From the IMG/VR virus record IMGVR_UViG_3300033072_000420, positions 4,961 to 68,960 of that record: a stretch of DNA of 64,000 bases. One strand, 5' to 3'. A model generated the notes under the pieces. That model did no database searches and had not been told where the DNA came from. It worked only from the letters and a program-made list of their open reading frames with translations. Positions 1-9,263 of this stretch are shown piece by piece (the stretch's first letter is position 1; each line of letters opens with the position of its first letter). The stretch is from a virus. Taxonomy: Duplodnaviria > Caudoviricetes. A program made the position numbers and the translations under genes.

Positions 1-1
1 G

Positions 2-160
2 TGGGTGCTCTACTGGATCTGCGTCTGGATCCTCTTGTGCCTGTTCTGGGTCATGTTCCGAATCACATACTACCAAGAGCTCCACGCAGAACACCTGTGG
101 TTCTGGCCAGACGATCCGCGTTATAAAGAGCCCTTCACCGACTACCCAACCAAGGAATAG
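2..160 (+). CDS. Partial (5'-truncated) small membrane protein
   Basis: Frame-2 ORF open from the window edge (WVLYWICVWILLCLFWVMFRITYY...PTKE*) with a hydrophobic stretch; stop TAG 158-160; not in the ORF track. Confidence 0.5.
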   Translation, partial: WVLYWICVWILLCLFWVMFRITYYQELHAEHLWFWPDDPRYKEPFTDYPTKE

Positions 161-163
161 CCA

Positions 164-376
164 ATGAGTGTTCACGTCGAAGAAAGAAAGAATCCTAGCA
201 ACGGCCGTATGGAATGGATCATTCGCTACCCAGGCTGGACGCGTGAGGAAGCTCAGCGAGTTGCAGACGCTATCAACGGTGGTGCCGTGCAAGACCACGC
301 GAAGGCCAAGGCGGAGCGATTAGATCGACTCTGGTCTCAGGTCAACGAAAACCCCAACCCCGACCTCTGTGCATAA
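164..376 (+). CDS. Hypothetical protein (70 aa)
   Basis: AAGGA upstream of ATG; tightly packed with neighbours. Confidence 0.72.
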   Translation: MSVHVEERKNPSNGRMEWIIRYPGWTREEAQRVADAINGGAVQDHAKAKAERLDRLWSQVNENPNPDLCA

Positions 377-386
377 GGAGCACTAC

Positions 387-836
387 ATGCCAGCACTCTG
401 CGTTAGTGACGCCATCAAGAAGGCCTACAACGACTACCTGGACGAGTCCATCGACTCGGACGTCACAGGTAAGCCGATCCTCCGCAAGTCCACCTACCCC
501 TACACCCCACTGGGCGAGTACTTCTCGGTCGTGCCCTTCTCCTGCGGCTACAACGCCGGGCGGACTGCCGTCCCATGCCTCATGGGTGCCGGCAACGCTC
601 ACGGCTGGAAGCTGGAAGAGCTGGCTCCTCAGCTGGCTGCTGAGATCTCGGACAAGACCAAGCGCATCGAGCACGACACCCGTATCGTGGCCCAGACAGT
701 CCAGGCCAACAATCGCCAGATCATCATGCATCTCCTAGAGATCGAACGTCTGCAGCGCGCTAGCTACGCGGCGCTGGCTACCTTGGGCCCGGACGAGGGT
801 CCCCTAGGTTCACCGCGTATCGGAGGTGCCGTGTGA
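387..836 (+). CDS. Hypothetical protein
   Basis: AAGGAG at 375-380 then ATG 387 (MPALCV...); 4-nt overlap with next gene. Confidence 0.78.
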   Translation: MPALCVSDAIKKAYNDYLDESIDSDVTGKPILRKSTYPYTPLGEYFSVVPFSCGYNAGRTAVPCLMGAGNAHGWKLEELAPQLAAEISDKTKRIEHDTRIVAQTVQANNRQIIMHLLEIERLQRASYAALATLGPDEGPLGSPRIGGAV

Positions 837-1177
837 ACTACACCGAGGAACAGGTTGCAGCGATGAATGCTGAGCAGATCAGGAGTAAGACTAAGGGGAT
901 CCTGGACGAACTCACTAAGCAGATGGCGTGCGCACCGAGCCCGCATCTAGAGCCGCGACACGTTAACACGTTTCGTTCCATCAACGAGGCGCTTCGCACC
1001 CCCACCGCCCTGGAGATGCTGAAGATTCTCGACGAGTGTGCCTACGGCTCAGAAGCTAGTGACTTCTGCATGCGCGTTATGAATCGCATGCTCTTGCTGA
1101 GCATTGACCTCGAAGGTACGACCTACGATAAGGTCGTCGAATCCGCTACATGGCGAAAGGAGCCACCCTATGCGTAA
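833..1177 (+). CDS. Hypothetical protein (114 aa)
   Basis: GGAGG upstream, GTG start overlapping the previous stop. Confidence 0.72.
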   Translation: MNYTEEQVAAMNAEQIRSKTKGILDELTKQMACAPSPHLEPRHVNTFRSINEALRTPTALEMLKILDECAYGSEASDFCMRVMNRMLLLSIDLEGTTYDKVVESATWRKEPPYA

Positions 1178-1934
1178 TCTTCTGCAGATCCCCTACACCC
1201 CGGACCTCACTGGCGTGACACGCCTTGTTGCCGCAAAAGTGACTGCCGACGGTACTCGATTAACCATTGAACGTATTGAGACTGTTGGTCCAGGCCATGT
1301 GGTTGCAACCGTCAGGGCAATCACGCCAGTTGACCGTATCAAGCTCAAGTTCAAGGTGCCTCCGGTCCGCACGGTCGACATAGTGAGCGTCAGCATTCCA
1401 TGGGATCGACCTGATCCTGATGCCAAGAAGAAGCCGGGTCTCGAGGAGATCATAGTGGTGACTGACCAGCCCTCGCTGCCGGACGAGGTTATGGGCAACG
1501 AGCTCTGTATACCGTACTACCTGCCCCTCACAGCCGGGTTGAGTGAGGAGGCAAGACAGCATCTGCGCGATCTGGCACACAAGGTACTTGTCCACCACTG
1601 GCGCTCTTGTGGGAATCGGGGTCACAATGTTGCGGGTAGGCAGCGAGGGCAGGTCCATTTCCCACTTGAGGTTATGAAGCACCTGACGGTGAACACTATG
1701 GCTTCTGGTGCTATGCACGACCGACTACACGATGTTGGCATCAACTATTTTCGTTCACCACCGGGTGACGTCTGGTCGAGCCCATTCATCTGGAGCACGT
1801 TCGTCTACAAGAACGGCAGTCTGATGAAGCCGTGGATCGGCCCTAGTGGCCCTTGCGACGACTTTGTCGGTGGCCGTAAGCATACCTTAACCAGCTCGCT
1901 TAATGGTCTGGCACTGCTGGGAGCAGAAGTATGA
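1170..1934 (+). CDS. Hypothetical protein
   Basis: AAGGAG at 1157-1162 then ATG 1170 (MRNLLQIP...); in ORF 1104..1934. Confidence 0.78.
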   Translation: MRNLLQIPYTPDLTGVTRLVAAKVTADGTRLTIERIETVGPGHVVATVRAITPVDRIKLKFKVPPVRTVDIVSVSIPWDRPDPDAKKKPGLEEIIVVTDQPSLPDEVMGNELCIPYYLPLTAGLSEEARQHLRDLAHKVLVHHWRSCGNRGHNVAGRQRGQVHFPLEVMKHLTVNTMASGAMHDRLHDVGINYFRSPPGDVWSSPFIWSTFVYKNGSLMKPWIGPSGPCDDFVGGRKHTLTSSLNGLALLGAEV

Positions 1935-2272
1935 GTGCGGCTTCCACCTGCCCGAACTGCGGCCTGCCACGCTTCTGGGGCCCTGCTGGATACGTAGGTG
2001 CCCAGTGTACGTGTGGTCAATTCTCACCTCACGGATCACCCGAACTCACGCCTCCACCTATCTGGGATAAAATCCTTCCTCGTATCGACAGGTACATCAG
2101 GCCAATAGTGCCTGTAGAACCAGATGAGGTTCAGCGTACTGTCGTGACGAAGGCGTGCCTGCATGAGATGCTGAAACAGCGGGGTGTCGTACGCATACCA
2201 GGAAACGTGTTCATGATTGAGGAAGAACAACTTCACGGCTTGTTACGTGAGCTAGGAGTGAACCTTGAGTAA
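1931..2272 (+). CDS. Hypothetical protein with N-terminal CxxC...CxC
   Basis: ATGA overlap with previous gene; CPNC...CTC motif. Confidence 0.68.
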   Translation: MSAASTCPNCGLPRFWGPAGYVGAQCTCGQFSPHGSPELTPPPIWDKILPRIDRYIRPIVPVEPDEVQRTVVTKACLHEMLKQRGVVRIPGNVFMIEEEQLHGLLRELGVNLE

Positions 2273-2498
2273 GAGTCAAAACCTATTGATCAGCCGCGTC
2301 TTCCTGTGCCTGTGGTGGTTCGTTGCTCAGTTCATCCTCGTCTACGCAGGATGGGTGTTGTGGTGCAGCTACGGGGATTTGATTTTGCCCGAAGGCTGGC
2401 ATACCTCGAACTCTCTGAAGCCGTCTCTGGTTGCGACCTACGGGATCACGGTCATCGTCAGGGGATGGGTGGCCTTCTTTAACTGGATGACCGACTAA
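2265..2498 (+). CDS. Small membrane protein (2 predicted TM segments)
   Basis: GGAG upstream of TTG; two hydrophobic stretches. Confidence 0.62.
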   Translation: MSKSQNLLISRVFLCLWWFVAQFILVYAGWVLWCSYGDLILPEGWHTSNSLKPSLVATYGITVIVRGWVAFFNWMTD

Positions 2499-2699
2499 GT
2501 GAACCCGTCGGAGTTCCAGCACTGGTGCAGCGGGAGCAACTCCCTGCCTAACTGCCGATCCTGCGGGTTCTACAAGAATTGGGTAACGACCATTCAGCTA
2601 CCTGAATGGTTGCGCCGACCCATGCGGGATAATTTTATGAAGCGCGTGGAAGGCTGCGCCGAGCAGTCTGGTCGCTATTACACGCCTGTAAGAAAGTGA
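2499..2699 (+). CDS. Hypothetical Cys-containing protein (66 aa)
   Basis: Fills the gap between coupled ORFs; CRSC motif. Confidence 0.5.
   Translation: MNPSEFQHWCSGSNSLPNCRSCGFYKNWVTTIQLPEWLRRPMRDNFMKRVEGCAEQSGRYYTPVRK
2630..2640 (+). promoter_or_regulatory. Imperfect copy of the AATTTTATG(G) motif
   Basis: TAATTTTATGA inside ORF 2499..2699, ~60 nt upstream of the 2696/3118 genes; matches 9 of 10 motif bases. Confidence 0.25.
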
Positions 2700-3121
2700 A
2701 CATGAAACTCACAGATCATACCCCTTCCCTCATTGGTGCTGTCCGCATCAAGGAGGAACCCCCAGCCAACTCCACTTCAGAGCCTGCTCCGAACCTCCAA
2801 CAGGTCTCCCGGACCAAGCTGCGCGGCTGCACACCGGTCCTTGCTGTTACCGACGAAGCCGCGTTCTTCAAGCCCAAGGAACCCACCTTTACGTTCACTG
2901 ATCATGAAGGTGCGTTCCGGCCTCTGCGAGAATTTCTGGCCGAATGGGCGAGCTTCGCTCGACTGTCACCGATCAGTACTGAGTCGTTCCGGGGTGGTGC
3001 TATTATCGAGCCCAACATCCTCGGTTACAACCTGAACGCCGACGGTACAGCCACACCCGACATCGTTTCGTACGACGTCTGCTTCGATTTCAGAGCCCTC
3101 AACGTCGGAGACCAAGAATGA
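2696..3121 (+). CDS. Hypothetical protein (start 2696 GTG or 2702 ATG)
   Basis: Coupled to both neighbours by 4-nt overlaps. Confidence 0.68.
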   Translation: MNMKLTDHTPSLIGAVRIKEEPPANSTSEPAPNLQQVSRTKLRGCTPVLAVTDEAAFFKPKEPTFTFTDHEGAFRPLREFLAEWASFARLSPISTESFRGGAIIEPNILGYNLNADGTATPDIVSYDVCFDFRALNVGDQE

Positions 3122-4632
3122 TCAACAGTTTCAATCCCACACCCTTCGTGCCTTCTATGGAGGGCGTGACCAAGTTCCAAGGCGCTTCCATCGTGACGGA
3201 CCGCCCGGGCCAGATAACCATCACCTTCCCGAAATCCCGTGGCTTCGGCTGGACCGAGATCGTCTCATTCGACGCTGGTAACTGCCGAGTTCACCTCAAT
3301 GGCGATGTCCAGCTCAAGAGCGGCGTGCGCATGAACGAGACCGACTTCTCCAAGGTAGTCGACCCAGACCCAATCGAGCGAGCCAAGAGAAGCATGATCC
3401 GCAGCATGATGCTGGGCGACAGCATTAGCCACGGCGTCTACGAGCGAGCCAGCAAGATCATGTCGGCTATTGAGGCCAACCGGAAACCTGCCAACAATCT
3501 TTGTGCCGAGGTGGTGGCTGAAGTAGAACCCCGCACTCTCAGAGTGCCGACTACAGACGGCGCAGTCGGCATCCGTGTCTTGACCAAGAACGACGTGAAC
3601 GCCTTGAAGGATAGTGTGGTGGCCCGCAAGACGCCTCGCTTCATCCTCAACGCTGACTGCTCGACCTGGCGATTCGTTGCCGGAGCTGTAGGCCACGCGG
3701 CCGGCGCACCTATCAGCATCCCATCGTTCCTGCATGGCGCTGAGACCGTCCACATGAATGGCGTCTTGCTGGAACACGGTCGCGAGTTCGTGATCGACCG
3801 CGCGTCCAACACCATTCATTTCTTCGACGGCCTTCCTCCAGGCACCTTCCTCAAGCTGACCCCCAATGCCCCGGCTTCCTATCGACCAGAACCGGCCGTG
3901 GACGTTGCGAAGCCCCTCCCTTTCCCGCTGGACAGCAACGAGCAGATCCACATCCGAAAGCTGGTCTGTGGCAAAAGCGAGGTGAGGATCGAGTTCGAGT
4001 TCCGGCCGTGCATCGTCAAGGCCGTGCAGACGGCCACGGTCGCAGCACTCGCCAAGTGCCTGATCCCAGCCCATCAACTTATCATACGCGACGACTACGG
4101 CCGTTATGTAGTTACCGTCACGTTCCAGTCTGCTCAGGAAACAGTGAAGTACGTTGCCATGCCGTACCCGCATTCCTGGACTCTCACCAAACCCGCTACG
4201 GGCGCTGTACGTGAAGACGCTGACGGCACTCGCTGGATGTGGGCTGGCGGGTCGTGGAACAAACTGAAAAAGCAGAACACAGAGGCGGTCACGGTTGGCA
4301 CGATGCGCTACGCCTTGGACGGTACGAAGGAAGTGTGGGATGGTTGTGCCTGGACACCGTGCATCGCCAGTCCGGTGGGCCTTGGTCAGGCCGACTTCAC
4401 CTTCAAAACCCCTGAGACCGGCCGCATCTCTTCTGCAGTCACACCTGAGGGTATGACTCAGCTGGTGCGATGCTCGGGCACGACCGTCTCTATGGTACGG
4501 AACGCACTGGTCACTGCTTTCGTCAATGTTCCAGCCGACGCTGCCTTCAACGTGACTACCACTGCAACTGGGTACTCGGTAACGCCTCCGGCTAGTTGGG
4601 ACCTCACCAAGTGCTCGGACTCAAACTTGTAA
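3118..4632 (+). CDS. Hypothetical 504-aa protein, multi-domain appearance
   Basis: Long ORF with ATGA coupling; short DGT..W.G..W repeats near the C-terminus. Confidence 0.82.
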   Translation: MINSFNPTPFVPSMEGVTKFQGASIVTDRPGQITITFPKSRGFGWTEIVSFDAGNCRVHLNGDVQLKSGVRMNETDFSKVVDPDPIERAKRSMIRSMMLGDSISHGVYERASKIMSAIEANRKPANNLCAEVVAEVEPRTLRVPTTDGAVGIRVLTKNDVNALKDSVVARKTPRFILNADCSTWRFVAGAVGHAAGAPISIPSFLHGAETVHMNGVLLEHGREFVIDRASNTIHFFDGLPPGTFLKLTPNAPASYRPEPAVDVAKPLPFPLDSNEQIHIRKLVCGKSEVRIEFEFRPCIVKAVQTATVAALAKCLIPAHQLIIRDDYGRYVVTVTFQSAQETVKYVAMPYPHSWTLTKPATGAVREDADGTRWMWAGGSWNKLKKQNTEAVTVGTMRYALDGTKEVWDGCAWTPCIASPVGLGQADFTFKTPETGRISSAVTPEGMTQLVRCSGTTVSMVRNALVTAFVNVPADAAFNVTTTATGYSVTPPASWDLTKCSDSNL

Positions 4633-5102
4633 GTCGGTTGTTCCATGAGCGTGATCTTTTCGCTGCGCTTACTATAGCAGGCGTATGGGATCGCGCTCCA
4701 AAGGGCCGCGAGTCTTACTACAGGGCTCGCGGCATTGTCGTGTTCGACCGCACACTCAATCAACTCTATGCCACCCGTATGAACGAAATCCTGAAGCTTC
4801 TTACCACTGCCCCTGAATCACAGACGACACCTGAGCTGCGAAAACACATCGCATCGTGGGTCGAAACCGTGAACACTGGTGGCACTGTTGAGGCCAAGGT
4901 CATAGTTCCGGCCATGGATATCCTTGGTGGCTGCACCCGTCAAGTGCGACACCTCATTACAGCCTACTTCCAAGAAGCCTTGAGCCGAGAGCTTAAGACT
5001 GAGGAGAAGGTCCGCGCCGAGGCTGGGCTGCGCACCCGGTCCAGCACTATAGCGCCTTTCAACAAAGTGAGAAACTATGAAGCTCGACCAGATTGTCGCT
5101 AA
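4596..5102 (+). CDS. Hypothetical protein (start uncertain; TTG 4638 possible)
   Basis: Fills the gap between 4632 and 5077; overlaps the next gene. Confidence 0.58.
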   Translation: MGPHQVLGLKLVSRLFHERDLFAALTIAGVWDRAPKGRESYYRARGIVVFDRTLNQLYATRMNEILKLLTTAPESQTTPELRKHIASWVETVNTGGTVEAKVIVPAMDILGGCTRQVRHLITAYFQEALSRELKTEEKVRAEAGLRTRSSTIAPFNKVRNYEARPDCR

Positions 5103-5490
5103 GTCCACCAAGCTGCGAAAGCTCAACGCCCGTCTAGTCAAAGTCGTGGGGTACAAGGCGGGCCGGGATAAGCAGGGATTCGCCGTCGCGGCTGCTAAGA
5201 CCTATACGCCCAAAGAGTACACGCCCCATCTCAAGCTGGTTGAATCCAAGGACCAGAACAGATACGTGTCATCCGTCCGGTTCATAGACCGAAAGCTGAA
5301 CGTCAAGGTATCGTGCAGTTGCCCTGACTTCGCTTTCCGATGGGAAGTGGCCCTGCACGAAGCCGGGGCAGCAGACATCATCTACAGTAACGGCGAGCGC
5401 CCAGATGCCACGAACCCGTCTATGCAGCCCGGATGCTGCAAGCATCTGATAGCACTGCGCGAGTTGATCAAGAAGAAGCATAACGTATGA
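5077..5490 (+). CDS. SWIM zinc-finger protein
   Basis: CxC (SCSCPDF) ... CKH (GCCKHL) SWIM signature. Confidence 0.78.
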   Translation: MKLDQIVAKSTKLRKLNARLVKVVGYKAGRDKQGFAVAAAKTYTPKEYTPHLKLVESKDQNRYVSSVRFIDRKLNVKVSCSCPDFAFRWEVALHEAGAADIIYSNGERPDATNPSMQPGCCKHLIALRELIKKKHNV

Positions 5491-5542
5491 CAGCAACCCC
5501 ACACCAAAGCATCTGCTGGGTGACTTTCAGTAAGGAGGATTG

Positions 5543-6490
5543 ATGGCCTCCCGCACTTATCAGCACTCAACAACCTTCGCGAATCTGAAGGACATCAAGG
5601 AAGAGATCCCAGGGTCTCTCACAACTTACCAGTGGCTGAGCACCCTTGACTACTTCTTGGAATCAGCCATTGACCCCATCGCAACCGCATGGCCTGACTT
5701 CCTCGACAACTACTTCTCCAAGGTGGTTGCGTGGCAGTTCTACAAGCCTGCTGTGAAGTTCTCCCGCAACAGCCGCGAGATGCTACCTCATCTCCTGTTC
5801 AACTCCCTGACAACCGAAGGCGCTACGAAGCGCCGGTGGCAGAAGGAGATGCTTTTGAACCGAGGCCTCCTCTTTGGTCTTGTCGCCATGTTCCTTCGCA
5901 CGACGGAATCCTTCATGGCCTTGCACGACCCTTCTAAGCGACTGACGCCGCAACGGCGTCTGGCCATTCAACAGGCTGAACGTCACACATCCCCATTCCT
6001 CCATTCTTGTATTCTGCAGGTTCGCTACTGGGACGCCAAGGCCCGGTGGTTCAAAGATCTGCTGACCCAGAAGTACATCCGCATGGCGCTCATGAGTGCG
6101 AAGCGGACCTACACGGACGTTGACTACGCCAAGGAACTGGACGACATCGTCCAGACCTTCCTGGTCTACATGTCGAAGGCCATTGACCGCTGTGACAGCC
6201 GCCAGGGCGTGTTAACGACTTTCATACAGACTTGGTTCTACTCGGCTCGCTCAGAGGTGCGACGTCAGGTGGCAACGGATGTCCACACCTCGTACGAAGA
6301 GCTCCTAGAGAACGGGGGCATCCCCGACTCAACCGAACCCGACACAACCTACGAGGCCATCCAGCATCTTGCGGCGACAGCCAAGGGGCTCGACCCAGTC
6401 GGCTCCCTTCGCTATGCCCTGGGAATCCCAGAGTTCCACACCACAGCGGACCGTCAGGCGTTGCTGCGCTTCGCGGTACCGAAACCGTAA
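5543..6490 (+). CDS. Divergent sigma-70-like RNA polymerase sigma factor (likely late)
   Basis: AAGGAGG at 5532-5538; LDDIVQTFLVYMSKAIDRCDSRQGVLTTFIQTWFYSARSEV aligns by eye to sigma-70 region 2 (DLIQEG..GL.KAV.KF....G..FSTYA.WW). Confidence 0.68.
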   Translation: MASRTYQHSTTFANLKDIKEEIPGSLTTYQWLSTLDYFLESAIDPIATAWPDFLDNYFSKVVAWQFYKPAVKFSRNSREMLPHLLFNSLTTEGATKRRWQKEMLLNRGLLFGLVAMFLRTTESFMALHDPSKRLTPQRRLAIQQAERHTSPFLHSCILQVRYWDAKARWFKDLLTQKYIRMALMSAKRTYTDVDYAKELDDIVQTFLVYMSKAIDRCDSRQGVLTTFIQTWFYSARSEVRRQVATDVHTSYEELLENGGIPDSTEPDTTYEAIQHLAATAKGLDPVGSLRYALGIPEFHTTADRQALLRFAVPKP

Positions 6491-6536
6491 ATACCTCCCG
6501 TACTAATCCTCAACCCCAAACCAAAAGGAACTTTCA

Positions 6537-7679
6537 ATGGCTATGGATCTCGACGACGGCAAGGCCGGTGGACGTGGCGACAAGGCACCTCGTGTCTCGG
6601 ACCTCGCCCAGATTTATCGCTTCCCCGATAAAAAATGGGTGACTGCTCGTCTGATGCCCGGTCTCTTCCCTTACGCGGGGTACTGGGTGACCACGAAGAA
6701 ACGCGACGGTGGCAAGGCCACGTTCTTTGTCCCTTGCCCCTCGTTCGACCCAGTCTCTCAAACTCGTGACAGCACGAAGCCCGACCCGTGGCGTGACTTC
6801 GAGATTGCGTGGAAGGCCGCGAACCCCTCCGACGGTGGCAACAGCAAGAAGGGTGGGAAAGCCAAGGGACCTGAGTGCCCGGTACGCTTTGCCCAAGAGT
6901 GGTATATGGACGCGATCATCCGCTCTGAGCAAAAGAAGCTGTCCGGTAGCAAGCTGCCGCGTCCGACACCCGCTGAACGCAAGAGTGGGTTCAAGGATCT
7001 CTCCAGTGACAGCTTGACCCCAGTCTATGGCGTGAAGCTCGGCCGGAGCATCCTCGGCAAGCTCCAAGAACTGAAGGGTCTGAACGTCGTCGAGGGCAAG
7101 TCCGGTGCCAAAGCGTACAACGTGAATGATGCCAAGTACGGCGTGAACATCAAGTTCTTCTACGACAAGGACAAGGCTCCGGCTGACCAGTATCTGCTGC
7201 AGGCAAGCGAAACCCATTCCCCCTTGACCGAAGAAGAGCTCGGCTACCTGCGCCAGGATCTGGCAAGAGCTACAGCCCTCGAGTTCGACGAGAAGGATTT
7301 GGTTGCTGTGCAGGCTGACTTCGAGAGTTGGGCTACGCGCAACGGCTTCCAAGAATTCCTTGGCAAGAAGGGCAAAAAGGGCAAGAAGCAAGCGGACGAC
7401 GACTTCGAGGACGATCTCGAAGACGAAGACGACGAAGACGAGCCCGCACCCAAGAAGGGTAAGAAGTCCCCGGCCAAGAAGGGCAAGAAGCCCGTCGATG
7501 ACGAGGATGACCTCGACGAAGACGACGATGACTTCGAGGACGATGAAGACGAAGAGGATGATGAGCCCACTCGCAAGTCTTCGAAGAAAGCCCCTGTCAA
7601 GAAGGCTCCGGCCAAGAAAGCACCCGCCAAGAAGGGCAAGAAGCCCGTCGATGACGAGGATGATGACGAGGACTACTGA
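6537..7679 (+). CDS. Single-stranded DNA-binding protein, T4 gp32-like, with long acidic/Lys-rich tail
   Basis: Aromatic-rich N-domain, D/E-rich C-tail ending in Tyr, located directly upstream of RecA. Confidence 0.65.
   Translation: MAMDLDDGKAGGRGDKAPRVSDLAQIYRFPDKKWVTARLMPGLFPYAGYWVTTKKRDGGKATFFVPCPSFDPVSQTRDSTKPDPWRDFEIAWKAANPSDGGNSKKGGKAKGPECPVRFAQEWYMDAIIRSEQKKLSGSKLPRPTPAERKSGFKDLSSDSLTPVYGVKLGRSILGKLQELKGLNVVEGKSGAKAYNVNDAKYGVNIKFFYDKDKAPADQYLLQASETHSPLTEEELGYLRQDLARATALEFDEKDLVAVQADFESWATRNGFQEFLGKKGKKGKKQADDDFEDDLEDEDDEDEPAPKKGKKSPAKKGKKPVDDEDDLDEDDDDFEDDEDEEDDEPTRKSSKKAPVKKAPAKKAPAKKGKKPVDDEDDDEDY
7473..7663 (+). repeat. 38-bp exact direct repeat within the SSB tail (7473-7510 and 7626-7663)
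   Basis: GCCAAGAAGGGCAAGAAGCCCGTCGATGACGAGGATGA occurs twice, encoding AKKGKKPVDDEDD. Confidence 0.9.
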
Positions 7680-7702
7680 GCGAAGTCCGACATCTAAAAC
7701 TT

Positions 7703-7736
7703 GAGGAGGGTGGTGGGTGACCACCACTCTCCTTTT
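7703..7736 (+). terminator. Intrinsic terminator between ssb and recA
   Basis: GGAGGGTGGTGG-GTGA-CCACCACTCTCC 12-bp stem (one G-U), GNRA loop, then TTTTCCTTTT. Confidence 0.75.
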
Positions 7737-7753
7737 CCTTTTCCAGGACAAAA

Positions 7754-9235
7754 ATGGCAACAAAGAAAGCACCAGCAAAGAAGGCTACCCCTGCCCGCCG
7801 TGGCGGACGTCGGGTCGAGTCGGAAGCCCAAGAACCGAAAGTCAAGAAAGTCAAGTTTGACAGTGCAGCGGCTTACTCGGAGGTGATCGACGATATCTCG
7901 AAGCGGCAGGGGTTTGAATCCTCTGGCCTCGATGTGGCCCCCGCTATGTCAACAGGCATCCTTGAGGTTGACATGATCATGGGTGGCGGTATCCGTGCGT
8001 CTATGGTTACCGCAGCAGGGAATGAGCAGTGTGCCAAGACAACCCTGGCTCTCGTGGGCATGGCCGCTTCAATCAAGGCGAATATCCCAATCGTCGCATT
8101 TGTTGACTTCGAGGGATCAACCAAGAACTCTAAGCCTTATGTGCAGTCTATCCTGAACACCTGCGGCCTGAACATGACCGTCGATCAGGTCTTCGGTAAG
8201 AAGAACAAGGACGGAACCTGGGCTGTTCGCCCGCGTGTGCGTTATCGTGCTGAGACCATCCTTGAGAACTTTTACGACTGGGTGTCGCAAATCTTGCGTG
8301 ATCTCCCGGACAAGAAGTTTGTTGAGGGCAAATGGTGGCTTGTGTTCGATGACAAGAACAAGAAGCAGAAGGCAATGGCTGGCGAGTTCGTTGACGCCAC
8401 CATGACCCGCAAGTACGGGAACGGTCTGTGGGTGGAAGCCCCTGACGACAAGATCCAGGCCATCATCTTCGTTGACAGCTACACAGCTATGCAACCGAAG
8501 ATCAAGGACGAGGAAGAAATCGGCAACCAGTTGTCGGTCAAGGCGTCCGCGTTCTCCAAGCAACTTGAGCGGGTCAAGGGCCGGATGGCCGAGAAGATGG
8601 TGACCATCTATGGCCTTAATCACCTGCGATCAAACCCCATGGCTATGTTCGGGCCAAAGGAAGACGAGAAGGGTGGTAACGCGCTCAAGCAGTTCTCCGA
8701 TGTGCGTCTGCGTCAGACATCCCGCTCGCTGTCCGCTGCTCCATTCAGCCCCAAGGCCGACAAGAACTTCGACTACAACGAGTCGGAACCCTCCGTCGAA
8801 TTCAAGGGCGGGCTGGACGTGTACCGATACGTCCACGTGAAGGCCATCAAGAACAAGCTGTGGACTCCAGGCCGAACCGGTTTCTTCCGAATCTGGGTCC
8901 GGGATGGAAACGGCCAAGCACGGGGCATTGATCCGGTGTTCGACACCATCAATTACCTGAAGAAGACGGGCCAACTCAAGGGCACCCGGAAAGCCTTCAA
9001 GCTCAACCTCAAAGACCTTGGCCAAAGCAAGAACTCCCTGACCTGGGAAGACTTGAAGCGCTGGGTTCTCGGGGACAAAGAAACCATGACAGCCATCAGC
9101 AAGAAGGCTGGCTACACACCAATGAGCATCCGTCGGTTCTGTTTCAGTCAGATGTCGAAGGGTGTCGGTGAGGAGTTGTATGTCTCGCAAGAAAATTCGC
9201 GATCCAAAGACGATGACGACGGTGGCGAGGACTAA
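7754..9235 (+). CDS. recA: RecA/UvsX-like recombinase
   Basis: MSTGILEVDMIMGGGI, P-loop variant GNEQCAKTT, Walker B IIFVDS, GGNALKQFSDVRL (cf. RecA GGNALKFYASVRL), AIKNKL. Confidence 0.87.
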   Translation: MATKKAPAKKATPARRGGRRVESEAQEPKVKKVKFDSAAAYSEVIDDISKRQGFESSGLDVAPAMSTGILEVDMIMGGGIRASMVTAAGNEQCAKTTLALVGMAASIKANIPIVAFVDFEGSTKNSKPYVQSILNTCGLNMTVDQVFGKKNKDGTWAVRPRVRYRAETILENFYDWVSQILRDLPDKKFVEGKWWLVFDDKNKKQKAMAGEFVDATMTRKYGNGLWVEAPDDKIQAIIFVDSYTAMQPKIKDEEEIGNQLSVKASAFSKQLERVKGRMAEKMVTIYGLNHLRSNPMAMFGPKEDEKGGNALKQFSDVRLRQTSRSLSAAPFSPKADKNFDYNESEPSVEFKGGLDVYRYVHVKAIKNKLWTPGRTGFFRIWVRDGNGQARGIDPVFDTINYLKKTGQLKGTRKAFKLNLKDLGQSKNSLTWEDLKRWVLGDKETMTAISKKAGYTPMSIRRFCFSQMSKGVGEELYVSQENSRSKDDDDGGED

Positions 9236-9263
9236 CCCGCTTGAAGGGAAGGACGAAGCGAGT

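Noticed and set aside
6534-7778. 414-aa antisense ORF opposite the SSB, and other long shadow ORFs (3265..4173, 15736..16470, 8630..9190)
   Set aside because: They mirror well-supported sense genes with biased codons, have no RBS or motifs, and are explained by stop-codon avoidance on the opposite strand
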